Shown in pieces: positions 12,895-27,149 of a DNA stretch of 64,000 nt (positions are counted from its first letter, which is position 1; each line of letters opens with the position of its first letter). A program made the translations under genes and the position numbers. The DNA is from Rotaria socialis (lineage: Eukaryota): contig CAJNYD010000011.1 in assembly GCA_905331295.1 (NCBI GenBank), forward strand, positions 243,114 to 307,113. The letters are read 5' to 3'. The notes beneath the pieces are model-generated. The model worked only from the letters and a program-made list of their open reading frames with translations. It did no database searches and had not been told where the DNA came from.

Positions 12895-13342
12895 TTACAT
12901 TTCTTTCTATTTAACAAATCATATTCCGATTGCTACCGTGCACAAATCAAGCAGTAAAAGCTGATTCTGTGGTTATAGAATCATTTGGATTTAACTGCTT
13001 TTCTTGAGAGTTGAATCAATTTTTCATGTTGAACACACATTTGATATTGAATTTTCGTTTAATCAGATCAAAATGAAAAATGAGTAAATAACAAGGAGGA
13101 AAAAACGCTTTTCACACCATAGCAATTACAGCGAATCATTTGGAATTAATGGAATCAGCTTTCACCTCTGGTCACAAACAGAACTAATGTATTTATTACT
13201 ACGCAGCAATACTCTGATGAATCTTCGTTTCATCATGTCAATATATGTGACACGGAAATTAGTTTTTGATTTCCCAGGCAATCATTATCTTTTATTTAAT
13301 TTAGAAAAGAAAAGTAAAATTATATTGGTGACCAAAAATTAT

Positions 13343-16300
13343 TTATTCCAATGTAACTTGAAAAGTTTTGATTTGCATAGGATTGAGTGTTACTATTGTA
13401 TTCGTCAATGATGCCTTCGAGTCTAAAATATCATAATACAATTAGATTCATTGAATAAATGAAAAACGTTTTTCTTCGTACGTGTTGGTTTTGAATATGA
13501 TGATTCGTCGTTTGCTGTTCTCCAAATAAGCCGATTCATATCATTCAATGGTAAATTAGCTGAAAGTGTTAATTCAGTTAAATCCATTATTTTACCTACA
13601 CTATCGAAAAAAAATTGTAAATCGACTTGAACCGGTTTCGAAAAAGTGTCGTCTTCATGTAATTCAAAATAATGTTCAATACGTATAAGAAATACTTTTA
13701 CTGTCAATTGATCTAATGTCAGTAAATGAACATTATATGGCATTTGTGCAGTTAAAGCTGACCATGTTTGACGAAAATTATTTGAATAATCAGTATACGA
13801 TACTGCCGGTAATGCATATGTACTAATAGGACTCATATAGAGTTGTTGAGCAGTAGGACGATGATAAAGCGCACTATTTTCAGGTGGTTCAATAATAAGA
13901 AAGTGTTTGCCACATATTACAAGACCTTTACCGTAAGCTGTTTCATTCATTGGTTCGCCGACACCTTGTGAATCATCGTAGAGTGTACGACGATGAATCA
14001 TAAGTTCCACAGAACCATCATGCATACTTGAACCACCTTCAGATCGATCTAAACGAGTAGAGAGAATAGAAATAAAATTTAAAAAAAAACAGTTTTATCT
14101 TTACCTGTCAGTATAGTCATTTGTCTTTGATTATCTTTAATCCATACACGACTAGGAATAGGATAATAGTTTCCACTAACACTTTCATAGACTGTATAAT
14201 TCCATGATGGTCGATAATCTCGTTTACGTTCTATTATTTCACGTCCATTAGCATCTGTATAAAATAATCCATCAGTTTGAATATCTGTATCGTAACGCAT
14301 AATTATTTCTTTTCCAAAATTATCATCTATTGGTATTGGTCCAACAATCCATTCCATTTCAACATTGTTTGCACCATCATAGAGTCTGATTTCTTGACTA
14401 GCCCATTCATTATACACAATCGATGCTTTTTGTGATACATTTGAATAGGTGCATGTTCTAAAAATATACGAAATATAATGAACAAAACTTCGTCAATCTC
14501 TATTTTGTACTGACATATTACGTGTATTGCTTACGGGCAATGGCGTCGGTGTTAGTGGTCGAAAGAAATAAGCACCAGATGCTTGAAATTCTGGACCAGA
14601 ATTATTACCGGGAAAACCTGAACATTAAAAATATCACAAAGATGATAATATATATTCAATAAATTGTGGATATTTACTTGTATACCAATAAAAGCCTTGA
14701 GCAGAAAATGAAACTGTAAAATTTTTCCTTCGATTTGTAATATTCTTCAAATTGCCTTGATCATCAAATTCAATTCGCAGATTCTGCACGTAAAATATTT
14801 GATAGATAAACAATGCAGAATATTCTAATTATGAATAACCTGATTTTGAAGAATACATGCTTCATTGTATGTTACTTCGATCGAAGATGTTTTCTCTATT
14901 TCGATCTCACCTAATGAAAATAAATCATAATTAGATTCAACTAGAAGAAAATTTCATATTTTACTTATAGCTTGAAAATAATAAGTATTAAAGCCAAGAG
15001 CAGGTATCGACGTTTGAAATGATATTTCAAGTTGCGCAGAGCTTGTTCGGCCAGGGATATTTTTAATTATTTGAGAAATTTGATGAACCTGCAGAATTAA
15101 AATCAAAGAAACAATACTAACTGAAAATGAAATTGTTTGAAAAATTTTACATCAGCGAAAATAATTTCACCCGTTGGATTTCGTATTGTATAATACTTCG
15201 TCACTGGCACATGAACTATATGCTGAACAGATTGAATAGTTGGATTCCAAATTGTTAATGTAAACTATGAATCATTTCATTGATAAATGATTGTAAACGA
15301 AAAATATTTTCACTTACAATATCTTGTCCTTCGATAGGTAAACATTCACTAATATTTGATAGTTGACAAAGAAATTGATTGGGTACTACAGGTGACCGAT
15401 TTTCTTTCGGTAGCAATTTTTTATATGCTTGATTAATAACATACTAAAATTTAAAACAATCACTCTCACCATCAAAATTTCCATATCGATTCTCTTACAA
15501 GAGCCGAATCAATACCATCTGATAAACGTAGAGCATAATCATCGGCAACATGCTGCTTTTCTGTTCCACTCACTGCATCATGATGTTGAGCAACACCCAT
15601 CGCTTCATCTATACGCGTATATTGACATGTTTTTTTAAATTAAATACAAAAAACAAAACTTTTTGTTTTCTTTTTCAATTTATACTTAGAGGAAAAAATG
15701 CTTGGCGTAGTGTAATATTGGAAAATGCATTAAGCTGTTTTGTTACTTGAAGAATATTATTTGAATGACGTTCATATCGTTTCAATGCTGGTCTTGAAGT
15801 GAAATAGCCATTCCAAAGGCCATGCTCACTGTATGAAATTGGAAAGAAATCATCTGTCTTCGTTGTCCACGTTTTATTCGCATTGTTTAACGCATATAAA
15901 TAACATGTAGGAGTAGAATATAATAGATTAACATCGCTGCCATTTGCTTGCTAAATAGAATACAATAGAAAAGGAAACACTCCTTTTCTAAATCTATACA
16001 TCTACAAGTACCTTAGCATTGACATGTTTTATTAATTTTTCTAAATTTTTAAACCATTCATTAGCATTCTCATAATGAAAATCACTACCCATAGTCATCA
16101 TTATATGATTAGTTGTAAAACTACGAGCCTAACAAAAACAGAATACATATGACTATGTTTATGTATTTATAAACGTTAACTTGAATATGTGCTGCATCGA
16201 TGAATGCTTGAACTCTTTGATCTACATCATAGTCATGCAATCGTGGATCATCCTATGCGAACATCAAAATATTAGTCAAGAGAGTTTCAAATGATAAACT

Positions 16301-17309
16301 AACTTTAATTGGCTCATCACGACAACGATAGTCGAAACAAAATGATGATGGTGCGGTATAAACTCTTGGTAATATACCAGTAAAAAGCCAACTTTGTTCA
16401 CCTAAATTAGCGCTTCCTTTCCAGATCATTTCCATTGTTTTAGTTAAATTTCGTATAGCATAATCTTGAAAATCAACTCTACCAAAAAATAATCCATCAA
16501 ATCCCATCTATTATAGACAGTATCATATTTATGAGAATAAGATTTTATTCTAATAAACTAACTTGTGCAAAGAGTGATGCTACTTCTCTTGAATGACCAA
16601 ATGGATCGATTTGCCAGCCCAGCCTAGGTCGACCGCATTCTCCGAACTCGTCACGTAAAAATTCAGCGCCTAAACTATGTTGATCAATAATAGAACTATA
16701 ATGTGTTACACCTTCGTCATTCATACACCATCCCCCAGAAATGAATTCAAGATGACCTATTTTAATGAATATAATTAATTGTTATTGAACGACTATAATT
16801 ATTTACCGCTGTTTACAAGCTGTTTAACTGTATTTTTCATGTCTTCAGTTTGTTCTAACCACCAACGCCAGAAAAAAGCCATTTCAACATAAATAAAACG
16901 TCGATCAGGATTCTCAACCAATGCTGGAATAACTGAATCAAGAATATATTGAACGGCAGCATGTTGAATATCATTACGAGCTGACACAAACAAAACAATT
17001 GCAAGAGTCCTTAATTTGATATTGTAATAAAATTGCACTAACCTCCATAAAAGTACTGATCGACAGTTTTCAGCCAGCCAACATCATCGTGAGTGTGTGG
17101 AACAATATGAACATTAAGTTTATCAGGTTGACCTAAATTACATGCCTAGAAATGAAATATATGAGTGTCTCAAGTGAATTTAATTATTTTTGTTTCAGCT
17201 GAATGCTACTTACACTGTAGCCACATTTATCGGTTGATTTGAATGGCGCACCAAAACATATAGAAACCATTGCAACAAATGCAATTGTACTATGTAATAT
17301 TAATTTCAT
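13343..17309 (-). CDS. MAN2B1: Lysosomal alpha-mannosidase (GH38), multi-exon
   Basis: Signal peptide [84 protein letters not shown]; last exon [15 protein letters not shown]. Confidence 0.95.
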
Positions 17310-18298
17310 CGTTTTATTTTTTTTAAATATTAACCACCAAATTAAATGGTAGGTAACAATGCCTGAAAAGCAATATGAAATAAGAGTTATCTAAAGGAAC
17401 AAGATATGAATATCAAGGTGTATTAGTTGTCTCTGCTAGACTGGGTGTGCTTTGTGTTCTTGATAGACAAGAGTAAAGAAAAGACAGCGAGTTATCATTC
17501 GACTACATGTGGCATCTTCTATTTATGCACAAGTTATAATGATAAGATGCTTTGCTATAGAGAATTGTCCAATTATCTATTGGCAAGACTAAACCAACGA
17601 GGTATTTTTAACAATGGTATACGTTTGCAGACGCTGCAAAAGCAACTAAGTCATAAAAGTTATACAAGAGCATTCAACAACAACGATTATAGATGCGTAG
17701 ATTTTATTTTCCAATCTAGTATAAGATTACTGGTGCATTTAGAGAAAAGGCTAGCGAATATGACTGGCTATTGCTTACGCGGGATGTTTCACTATTGAAT
17801 TTACGTCTAACAGCACTAACTTTTACTTTTATAATCATATAAACAATAAAAATTGATCGCTTTTACAAATGTCATAAATCTATTTCTGGCTACGTTGATA
17901 GTTGATCATAAAACGTAACTTTCAATATTACGCATTGAAAGATTGTAATAGTACTTATGGTGTATTGAGAAACTTCTACGTTTTGTTTTCAAAATTCAAA
18001 ACTTATTAAATATTTCTCTGCTATCTACTAGGTCTAAGGTTGTTCCTGATAGTTGTAAAATTAGTAATTATTATAAAAAGATAAATTTGTATGAATCCTG
18101 TACTATGAGTAAGAGATTCATTTACCGAATATTTTATTGAGCTGATATGTTTAGATACGATGATCACGAATATCAAGCTTTAACGTTACGTTTAATTGGT
18201 GTTTAGTCGACTAGTATTTGATTTAATCTGAATTATTGATTTCTATTGAATATAATCGAAAATACAATGCATGCCTTTTTAAAATCTATGTGTAGTTA

Positions 18299-19320
18299 TT
18301 ACTTTAGTTGTGAGTCATTCGTATTCTTAAGGGGGACATTTAACATAGATGGACAAAATTGTGTAGCCACTTTGAGCATGATATATGGTGCCCGGTGTAA
18401 ACCATCTTGTTCCGACTTGTGTCTTCCGCCATCCCAGGGCTGAATAAATGGAACAGACCGTGACAAGGTATGATAGAATCGTAATCGTGCCATCGAAACG
18501 TGGTCTATTCAACGGCTATTTATGTTACTGAAGCAGCTAGCCAGAACAGTATTCACTATGATTGTACTTATAGAGAGAGAGAGAGAGAGAGAGAGAAACA
18601 AAACTTTGCATTATTTCATGAAATCGATGAGGTTTTATTATTTGTCATAGTGAGCGGGATATGGTATCCTATTTTATTCTCGCTTGATGTTGCAATGACT
18701 AATGATAATGATGAGACGTCGATTTTCAGATAGAACAAAAAGAGCATCACGATGAGGCTTCACTCGTTCAGCCGGTATGTATGTGAGCATTCCAGTATCG
18801 GAGACAATTCGGATCAAGTGCTCTCCAGTTAAACGGATTGTATGGTTAGATTTAGTTTGTAATGTATACAACGTAGCTGAAATAACAAATACAGGTCAGA
18901 TCATAATTTACCTATTAGTTTCGAAAACTTCAATTGATTTACCTTACCTGTATCAATTACTTTCAAGCATCAAAATCATTTCGCTGTTCACTAGCTTTGA
19001 ACCATCAAAAGCCAACACCCTATCACCATTGTTCACTTTACTAATTGCTAGTCGACGCGCGCCACCTAACAGTAGTCAACTATCACCCGAGAAACATACA
19101 GTAGTTTTGACAACAGTCACGTCGGCTAATGGAAAAGAAATGATAAGTTAGACTATTCTTTAACTAATATATATATATATATCCTGTTAAACATACGACA
19201 GACACCGACACAAACTGCGGCTTTCATTTCAGCTGAGTTAATATCATTGGATCCTCCAGTTTCTGGAACAGCATTAGTAGAGGCACACACAACAAACAAT
19301 ATGAAGACAGTGCTGTACAT
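18299..19320 (-). pseudogene. Decayed secreted Hog-domain (Hint + sterol-recognition region) gene
   Basis: Exon 1 (19320-19197) signal peptide MYSTVFILFVVCASTNA; then VCFSGDS*...GDRVLAFD, IRLTGEHLI, GYHIPLT, TIIVNTVLASCF, MARLRFY...GLH; in-frame TGA at 19076-19078 and 18509-18511, frameshifts and an apparently lost donor near 18640. Confidence 0.8.
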
Positions 19321-21116
19321 AGAAACAAACCAAAACTATTTTGGATTCTAGGTGCTGCTATATGTTATAATTCGATGGCACTTATTTAGTAGTTTTTTTT
19401 ACAAGATATTTTCCTGTTTTCAACGACGCTTTATTTATAAACAATAAGTCATGATTTCAAAGCGATATAGGCAACGCTCGATGCCGAACTCGATATGATA
19501 ATCCAATCGATAATGCTTTCAGCTCCGGAAAGAAAAGGCATCGAACTTGAAAGTTTTCTTTATTGAGAACAAATAAACGCAATCGAAATTGAACAAATAA
19601 CTCACACTCATAGATATGGTACTGCGTAGAAAATAAGTAGTTATGTGTCAGCATCATCAATTTTCTCAAGCTTGTCTTCGTTCTGAATTCGCCTCACATC
19701 AAACAGAAGTGTCTATGGGTGTACCTACATGTTGAAGTGAATAATAATCATGTCGACGTTCTGAATCCCTGATGGCATCATCTGATGTCTGTAGGAAAAC
19801 TTGTAACAGTTCGAACTTCAGAGTGTTAACTTTTATAAGCGAGTACTTGCTATGTAACGAGCGATGATAGATGTTTAAAATAATGATTTCCTTCTAGAAC
19901 ATGGGAACCAATACTGAAAGCAATGCAACTATTTTGTTCGATCCAACGGGTTGCGTTACATGATTTGTATTGTTTTCAACGATAAGCTACTGAATATAAA
20001 TACTCTCTATAGTAAAGTATATATATGACTCCAGAGACTAATCATGCCACTCATCATTGGTTCATCAACCTTCCGTGGAAACTACAGTAATAATAGCTGG
20101 GTTAATCGCTACTAATAAAACATAGTAAGACTAGAAGAATAAAAAAATTGCAGTAGTAAAAAATGTAAACATCGTCAACACTTTGAATGAATCCTTCCTT
20201 GGATTAAAAGTGAATCTAATTTTTGTAGAGATTGTTGTTTTTCTACATTGCACCAATGAATTATGGTTCGAACAGTATGGTGGTGGTAGAAAAATTTTCA
20301 TATCTTTTATTATTCTATGAATCAAAAGTGTAATACATAGTATGTATTGCGGCTGTTTGACGCGTAACCTTCAAGCTGTTGTCTTCTTCATTGTTGATTT
20401 GTCAATATTTTGTCGAAATAATTATTAATTTCTTCATTAACTATGAAAGAGAACTACGTCACCAATGTAAAACACATAAAAGACTACACGGATCATTCAT
20501 ATCATTGCATCCGAAGGATACAAATTATGCTAATAGAGCAAGAGCATCAACGGTTCAATTAATTGCCTATCAACAAGGAACATACAGGCCAATAAAAACA
20601 AAGATATAATTTCTTAGTAGGTTTTGATATGGTAACTTGTTGATTTCAGTTAGAGTCTTGATTCACTTTGACTGGATATTTACGCGAAAACGGTTTCGAA
20701 ATAAAAAGTTTATAATTATCAGAGTAGGAAATATCTAGCTGGTTACTAAATTTCTTTATTTCTATTTAGAGCTTCTTTCGCAACAATTAGTCACTCGTTT
20801 GGATTTTACCGTTGAAGTAAATAACGAAAATTTGTTTTCTTCGACGAACGAGCAGGATCTATTTGAATAAGCATGAATAATAACAAGCTCCTGTTGATAA
20901 CAATGACATTAGCAGTAACGCGTAAAGAATCTTTCTCTCATGTAGATCGAGCGAGAAAAGTCACATGCACTATGTAATTAGTAATAAGATAAGAGTGAAA
21001 AATAATATATATACCGGTATAGATCCACAAAAAATATTATCTAAACATCATTCAAACCTTTTCGTAACAAATTTTCATCACTTGTCTCGCAGTCTATTCG
21101 TAAGCACATCATTACA

Positions 21117-21608
21117 ATGGCATTCGAACATCCTTATGTATACATGCCCAATCAATCAATCAACCCTTTTCTTCTTTGCTGTATTTGTCACCACCCATTT
21201 GTAGATCCAGTAAACACAACAGATGGAAGACATGGTTGCCGAGCATGTTTCACGGGAAATTTGTCGTATCAAGCGGGTACATTAACTGCAATTGAAGAGA
21301 GGATTGTATTAGAGATGTTGAATGGCCTCCTGGTTATCTGTACACAATGTCGAGAAGAAAACATTCCACGAGGTAGTCTATCAACACATGCAAGTCAATC
21401 CTGTAGACGAGCCTTAGTAGCTTGTGAAGCCGCCGATATCAAATGCCCATGGCGTGGTGTGCGTGAAGATTTAAATGGCCATATGCAACAATGTGTATTT
21501 GAACCATTAAGACCAGCACTGTCCGAAGTGCTCAGGAAAAATAGAGAACTGAAACAACAATTAGAACACTTAGAAAATGTTCTGAACACTTTAATACAAC
21601 GACACTAA
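21117..21608 (+). CDS. Degenerate RING + TRAF-type zinc finger + coiled-coil protein (single exon)
   Basis: CCICHHPFVDPV...HGCRAC; CTQC...RGSLSTHASQSC; CEAADIKCPWRGVREDLNGHMQQC; C-terminal heptads; no MATH domain. Confidence 0.8.
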   Translation: MAFEHPYVYMPNQSINPFLLCCICHHPFVDPVNTTDGRHGCRACFTGNLSYQAGTLTAIEERIVLEMLNGLLVICTQCREENIPRGSLSTHASQSCRRALVACEAADIKCPWRGVREDLNGHMQQCVFEPLRPALSEVLRKNRELKQQLEHLENVLNTLIQRH

Positions 21609-21768
21609 ATTAAAAGCAATTGAACATGCTCAAACAAGATTCATTTTTGTGAAAACGTTTTGAACATCAATAAATATATATTTATTGACTATGAATAATA
21701 GATTTATTTTTAAATTGTCTTTGTATAAATTTTTGACTCAAATTTTATTAAAACAATTGATCATTATA

Positions 21769-22393
21769 AAGTGGAGGCCAAAATTTTAAGGCACTTTTTG
21801 TTTTTCATTTCTCTTCACCAAAGATCGCTTTTAATCAACATCCAAGTAGTGNCGGCAAAACCCAGCCGAAAAATAGCTAGGAATCATGGCTGAAATAACT
21901 GATAAATATTGAAAACATTGTGCAATTTGAAGATTGCACCGTAAAAAACGGTGCTAGTTCGCGTGTGATAGAGCAAACTCTGCTCTGCAAAGTTCAGTGT
22001 TTTCCAGAGCTTTGGGACTTTTCCTTAAAGCTCAATTTTCTTAATTACTAATATATTATTAATTAGTTTCTAAAGGAGTACTTAAAAATTTGTATTAAGA
22101 CCGATTGTTGTAAAACAAAAACATATCATTTTGTTTAGTTTTCAACGATCTTTCTTCTTGTGTACTTTAAAACCGAAAATTATGACAATATTATTCTATA
22201 ACTGTTAATTAATAATAATAATTAATAATTAATATTTAATTATCAGAGCCAATAGTTTTTCAGAACTATTTATACCAACATGTAGCCCGTTCAATACTGC
22301 ATCTAATGATCTATGTTTTAAACGTTTTCTGTTCTTCAACAACGACAATATTGATAAAATACAAAAAGTGCCTTAAAATTTTGGCCTCCACTT
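21769..22393. mobile_element. Tc1/mariner-type MITE
   Basis: Perfect ~33-bp TIRs aagtggaggccaaaattttaaggcactttttgt / acaaaaagtgccttaaaattttggcctccactt; TA on both flanks. Confidence 0.88.
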
Positions 22394-23351
22394 TATATAT
22401 CTTTCGATACATGAAAGTTAATTTTAACCATAGGAACAACATTTATTCTTTTGATCAAAATTAACTTCCTGTATAATGATATCAATGATCAACGTGTTTA
22501 CAAGACGAAAATCTATACACGGGTTATCTTGACGAGTTGATGTTCAGATATCTGCTTAGTAAATTGCTGTCAGTTGAATATATTCTCATGAATCTAAACA
22601 ATTTGAATTGTAAAGCTGCCATTTATAAATTTTAATTACTCGAAATATGTCAACATCCAGCATGTTACATAGAACTATAGGAGTAAGCAAATATGAATGA
22701 TAACGGGCTAACAGAAAATATTCCATTTTATATTGTCATCTAAAGAGAGATCTTTTGTGTTAGTTAATTGATAATGTTTTAGAGGAGCTAATCGCGGTTC
22801 ACTCTTATATTATTGTTCTGACAGTATAGCACTGGTGTTAAATGATTTTCTTACCACAACACAACATTAGTTTGAAGTTCGATAAGGTGATTGCGCCGAG
22901 ATACAACTCAATTCTATCATGGCCCACGTAAACATATAGCCTCAAATATTGAAAATATTCGATAGATTTCATTGTTGTATCTGTTGGGCGAGTAAAACAA
23001 ATTCTGCATAGAAGAGCGGAAATGAAAGCGAGAAGCACTAATTGTTAGTTTTCCAAAGAATTTTTCATGGAATGTCATAGTATTTAAGCGAAAACAGTAT
23101 ATACAGGATGATTCAGTTTCAACGAAAACTTACAAATATTTTCTCATTCCTCAGGATATAAGACAAAATCAACATTCATGTCAACCGATGCATCTACTCG
23201 TGTCTTCAAGGGAGCTTTTATTTCGCCGAATAAGCTATTTTTGACATACATATTTTCAATTTTACTTTACATACTCAATAACCGAAAGGTAAATCAATCG
23301 CTACTATCAAGTGGTAGTATGTTTTGTATTCAATAATTCCTATTTCGTTTA

Positions 23352-25362
23352 TTAAATATAACGGCGTAGAAAAAAGCATAATATCAATGCAAAAATAGAC
23401 GGAAAGAAAATTCGTTTGTTAGTCACAAATCGTCTCAGGACCAAAAGTATAGACAGAAATACAAGCGAAAGTAAAGAAACAATAAGAGATCCAGAAAGAT
23501 TTATATATGTAAAATGTTCATCTGGTCCTAACATGACTAATTCTGGTCCAAAGATAATTCTTGGACTTTTGGCTTTGTAATCATAGACTTGTACGGCTTG
23601 ATTTTGCGGAACTCGATATGTGACTACTTTAGATTTTTCACGTTTTGTCGTTTGCGACGATGACGTTGCAGTTGTTCTGGTAGATTTTTCAAACAGAGAA
23701 TCTCGTCGAAGGAACTCTTCTATTCCAACTGGTAGTTCTTTTTCCCATAGTTCTTCATCTTGTGTTAACATATATGGATTACCAATGACGGCACGAACAC
23801 GACCAGTTATCAAGTTTCGAACATAGATACCTTCGTTTTCATCTAGAAAAGTATATACTAAATAGGCAAAATATTAACAAGTAGTTCACCTACCCAAAGG
23901 TATGGCTTTTCTTTTTTGTAATACTTCGACTTGAACGGGCGGTATATACTCTCTTGGTCCTCTCACTACCCATTGTTCACCTTAAATTTATTCAAAACAG
24001 TATTCATAAATTTATACGATGCGTTCAACTTTTGTCTAGATAGAATCTAGCGATTGCTAGTTTATCTACACTGGAACTTCAATCAAATTCTTTTCTCTTA
24101 CCTGGTACACGGATTACATTATCTATTTCATCTTGAAACGATTCGATACATTTGACTACAACACCTTCATCTCCACATAGAATGAACACATCTTGAATTC
24201 CTTTCTCCATCTGCTCATTGGGTTGTAGAAAAAAGGATTTTTCACCAACGACTAGTTTCCTCTTGCCAAATTGATTTTTACCATCAGCTTCAAAAATCAA
24301 AATAGAAAGCATTATGACTCAATCTTAATATGATCACACACGCTCTTACCTGAAAATGGATTTAAAATAACGCAATATTGTCTTGAATTTAGTGTTTTCA
24401 TATCAATAATCGCTACAAGCTGTTCGTAGACATTCAAAATATGTGTTTCAGTTTGTTCTTTCGTGATTAGCCATTCGTCACCATTGTTTCTAGTCTGGCC
24501 AAAATCATCAATGAATGTTTTAAGGGCACGTAAATGCAGAGCTCTTTTATCTGTCACAACATAGGCATTTTCAGTGCTCACTACCATTTCATAAGCCAAT
24601 GGCAAATAGGCACCCACTTGTTTTACTAACCAGCTTTCGCCTGCTACACGACGCTGCCCCGTACGATCGATGAGCTCTTTTTTCGCCGTCAATTTTACGG
24701 CTTGATTTGTACCAATCACCGTAGCCGAAATATGTTCTTCAACTGACACTTCTTTGCGTGGTGTATACGTACCTAACAAATCGAAACAATAGATTCATAG
24801 ACTAAATATATCGTCATTCAAATAAATTAGTTACCTGGTCCTTCGAATAGCCATTCATCACCAGCTTTGCGTTGCTCTCCGTTGTCATCAAAGTCTAAAA
24901 CAGCTTTTAACCTTAATGCTGAATTAGCGCCGGCATATTTCAAACGTGTGGGAGCCTTGAACAATATTAACATATATTATTGAATAATATTTTCAATAAT
25001 TTTATTCTACGTACTTGATTTAAAACTTCGCCAGGATACAATGGAAATGGTTCTTTATAATCTTGTTCTAGCCGAACGTCAAGACTACCATATGACAATT
25101 TCACTTGGCCATTCTTATCGAATTGCGCTTGGCCATTTTCATTTTTCACAACAGGATTTTCAACAACACAATAGTGTCTTGGTGCTAACGTGATCATTTG
25201 GTCAGGTCCAAATACTATTGTTTCATTATCTTGTTTAAAAAACTTTTTTGGACCAATTTCTAATCGTGTTACACTTGTATTCTGGTCTAATACGTGTAAA
25301 TAATAGTACGGTGGAATGCGATAGATAGGGCCCATTTGAGCTGATAAATTCTTAGAAGACAT
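23352..25362 (-). CDS. MVP: Major vault protein homolog, C-terminally truncated (6 coding exons)
   Basis: Exons 25362-25015, 24955-24835, 24772-24350, 24287-24102, 23980-23894, 23842-23352; [68 protein letters not shown]; similarity stops at ...YINLSG. Confidence 0.88.
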
Positions 25363-26829
25363 GCTACTATCGACGTTCAATACTAGAAAACAACATGTAG
25401 ATATGATTATCACTTACGGTTCCATTCTCACAACAATTTTACCGCTGACGATAATTCAATTGGGCGAAATTTCGAAGGATAAGTAATCTTATTAAGAATC
25501 ACCTATTGTAAAAAATTCACCGTGATATGTTAAAGTAGACTTGATTTACAGTTAATATATAGTTTATTTCTAGCCTTTCGTTGGATAAGTATAACTTTGT
25601 TATTAAAACAGACGTAGAATTCACGACAGTTTTCAATTAAAGCTATAGCCACAGTGCGTAAGTTTCTATCGAAAAGAACTTTGACATTTATTTCCTATTT
25701 CTACTGCATATCTATGACTATTGTGCTGTGAATGATGTCAGAATAGTGCAAAAAAAAGCCACTTGACAACGCAAAATCTCAGTATTCTCAACAAATGAAT
25801 CAATTATAGCAAATATGTTCGGTAAAAAGTTGACTCTCAATTACACCTTTAAAATCAAACGAAAGCATGGCATAAATCTTAGATTAGATCCGAGAAGTTT
25901 CAATTTTGTTGATGGGAATTCGTTTTTTTAGAAGAACGTAAAATAAGATGTAAAAATGAGGTAGATGGATGAAGAAATTCTTTTCGAATGTCTACTGGAA
26001 TCTGCCGATTTTTCAAAGATTTATAAATCTTCGGAAAGAGATGAGCTAGCTGCAACTTGCGATAATATGAAAATCTATTTCCGTTTTTCTTTAAAAAGCC
26101 GACATTTGTTTTTCTAGGGAGAGGGGAGCTCCTTAATGCTTCAGTTCAACGTTTGCAGTTTTACATGAGTGATACAATCAATCACTACTGTTAAAGCTAC
26201 TTTCTATATTTCATAAATGTTGCTCAAGTTTATGAGTAATCGCTCGAAACAAAAGCATCTGTCATGCTTACCAGCAACATATAAAGGCTAACAGTTCTCT
26301 TTCCTGAATACTTACCAGCTGAAAAAAACCGACAATGTAATGTGTATGGCTCTTTTCACCGTCGTCTCTTATATTTTGCACAGTAGATCATGTTTTGGAT
26401 CTTTCTCACCATGCTCACAATATTGTGAAATAACTAACATACGGAAGAAAAAAAAACACGATTGACGTATTTATTTCAACCAATGAATCAAACAAAACAG
26501 AAGGTGGCGTGGCGCAGGAAGCTTGCAATAGTAGGCTATCATAAGAGTTGCAGCTAGCTTATATCAATTTCATAATTGAAGATAAAAGTTGCATTGCTTA
26601 ACGAATATCAAGCAATTCGGTTGATAAACAATATGAATTATAACACAATTATTTTATTCATCTCGATGATTTGCTGCGTCGTTTATTCTCCTTATTCGAC
26701 TTCAGTTCAGCAAAAGCCTACAGATTTGAGACTTAGAAATCACTGAATTAAAGTTCCTAAAACGAAATTAAGAGTATGCGAGTGAGAAAGTGAATATCAG
26801 CGCTCATCTCTATACTCTACAAAGTCTTG

Positions 26830-27149
26830 TACGGCTTATCCTCATAACGCGATCCTTCGCTGACCAAGCTTAAAACAAATTTCTTTCGATATAGACAAAT
26901 CTAAGCGTACTTTCTGATACAGTTTTTTCGCTGGTTGTGAATTTGAACTTTTTTTCTTAAAAACAATCGGGTTTTAAAGCTGTCAAAAATCGTATTTTCA
27001 ATTTTCTAACCAATAAATTAAAAACAAAAATGCAGAGTAATACACCATTCGATGCAGAATTTGATTCTCTACAAAATGGTCTATTAAGTTTTCGCTCTCA
27101 TTTGGCCGACAAAAGAATGTGTCACAGCGTTACGTTTGGACAAGCCGTG
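26830..27149. mobile_element. Degenerate MITE
   Basis: Termini tacggcttatcctcataacgc vs reverse complement of gcgttacgtttggacaagccgtg. Confidence 0.45.

Noticed and set aside
18509..19078. In-frame TGA codons in the Hog gene as selenocysteine or readthrough
   Set aside because: They co-occur with frameshifts and a lost splice donor and are not at Cys positions; ordinary decay is simpler
18777..19151. 124-aa plus-strand ORF
   Set aside because: Antisense shadow of the Hog pseudogene
22838..23038. 66-aa ORF downstream of MVP as the missing MVP exon
   Set aside because: No recognisable shoulder/cap similarity; non-ATG start; identity unresolved
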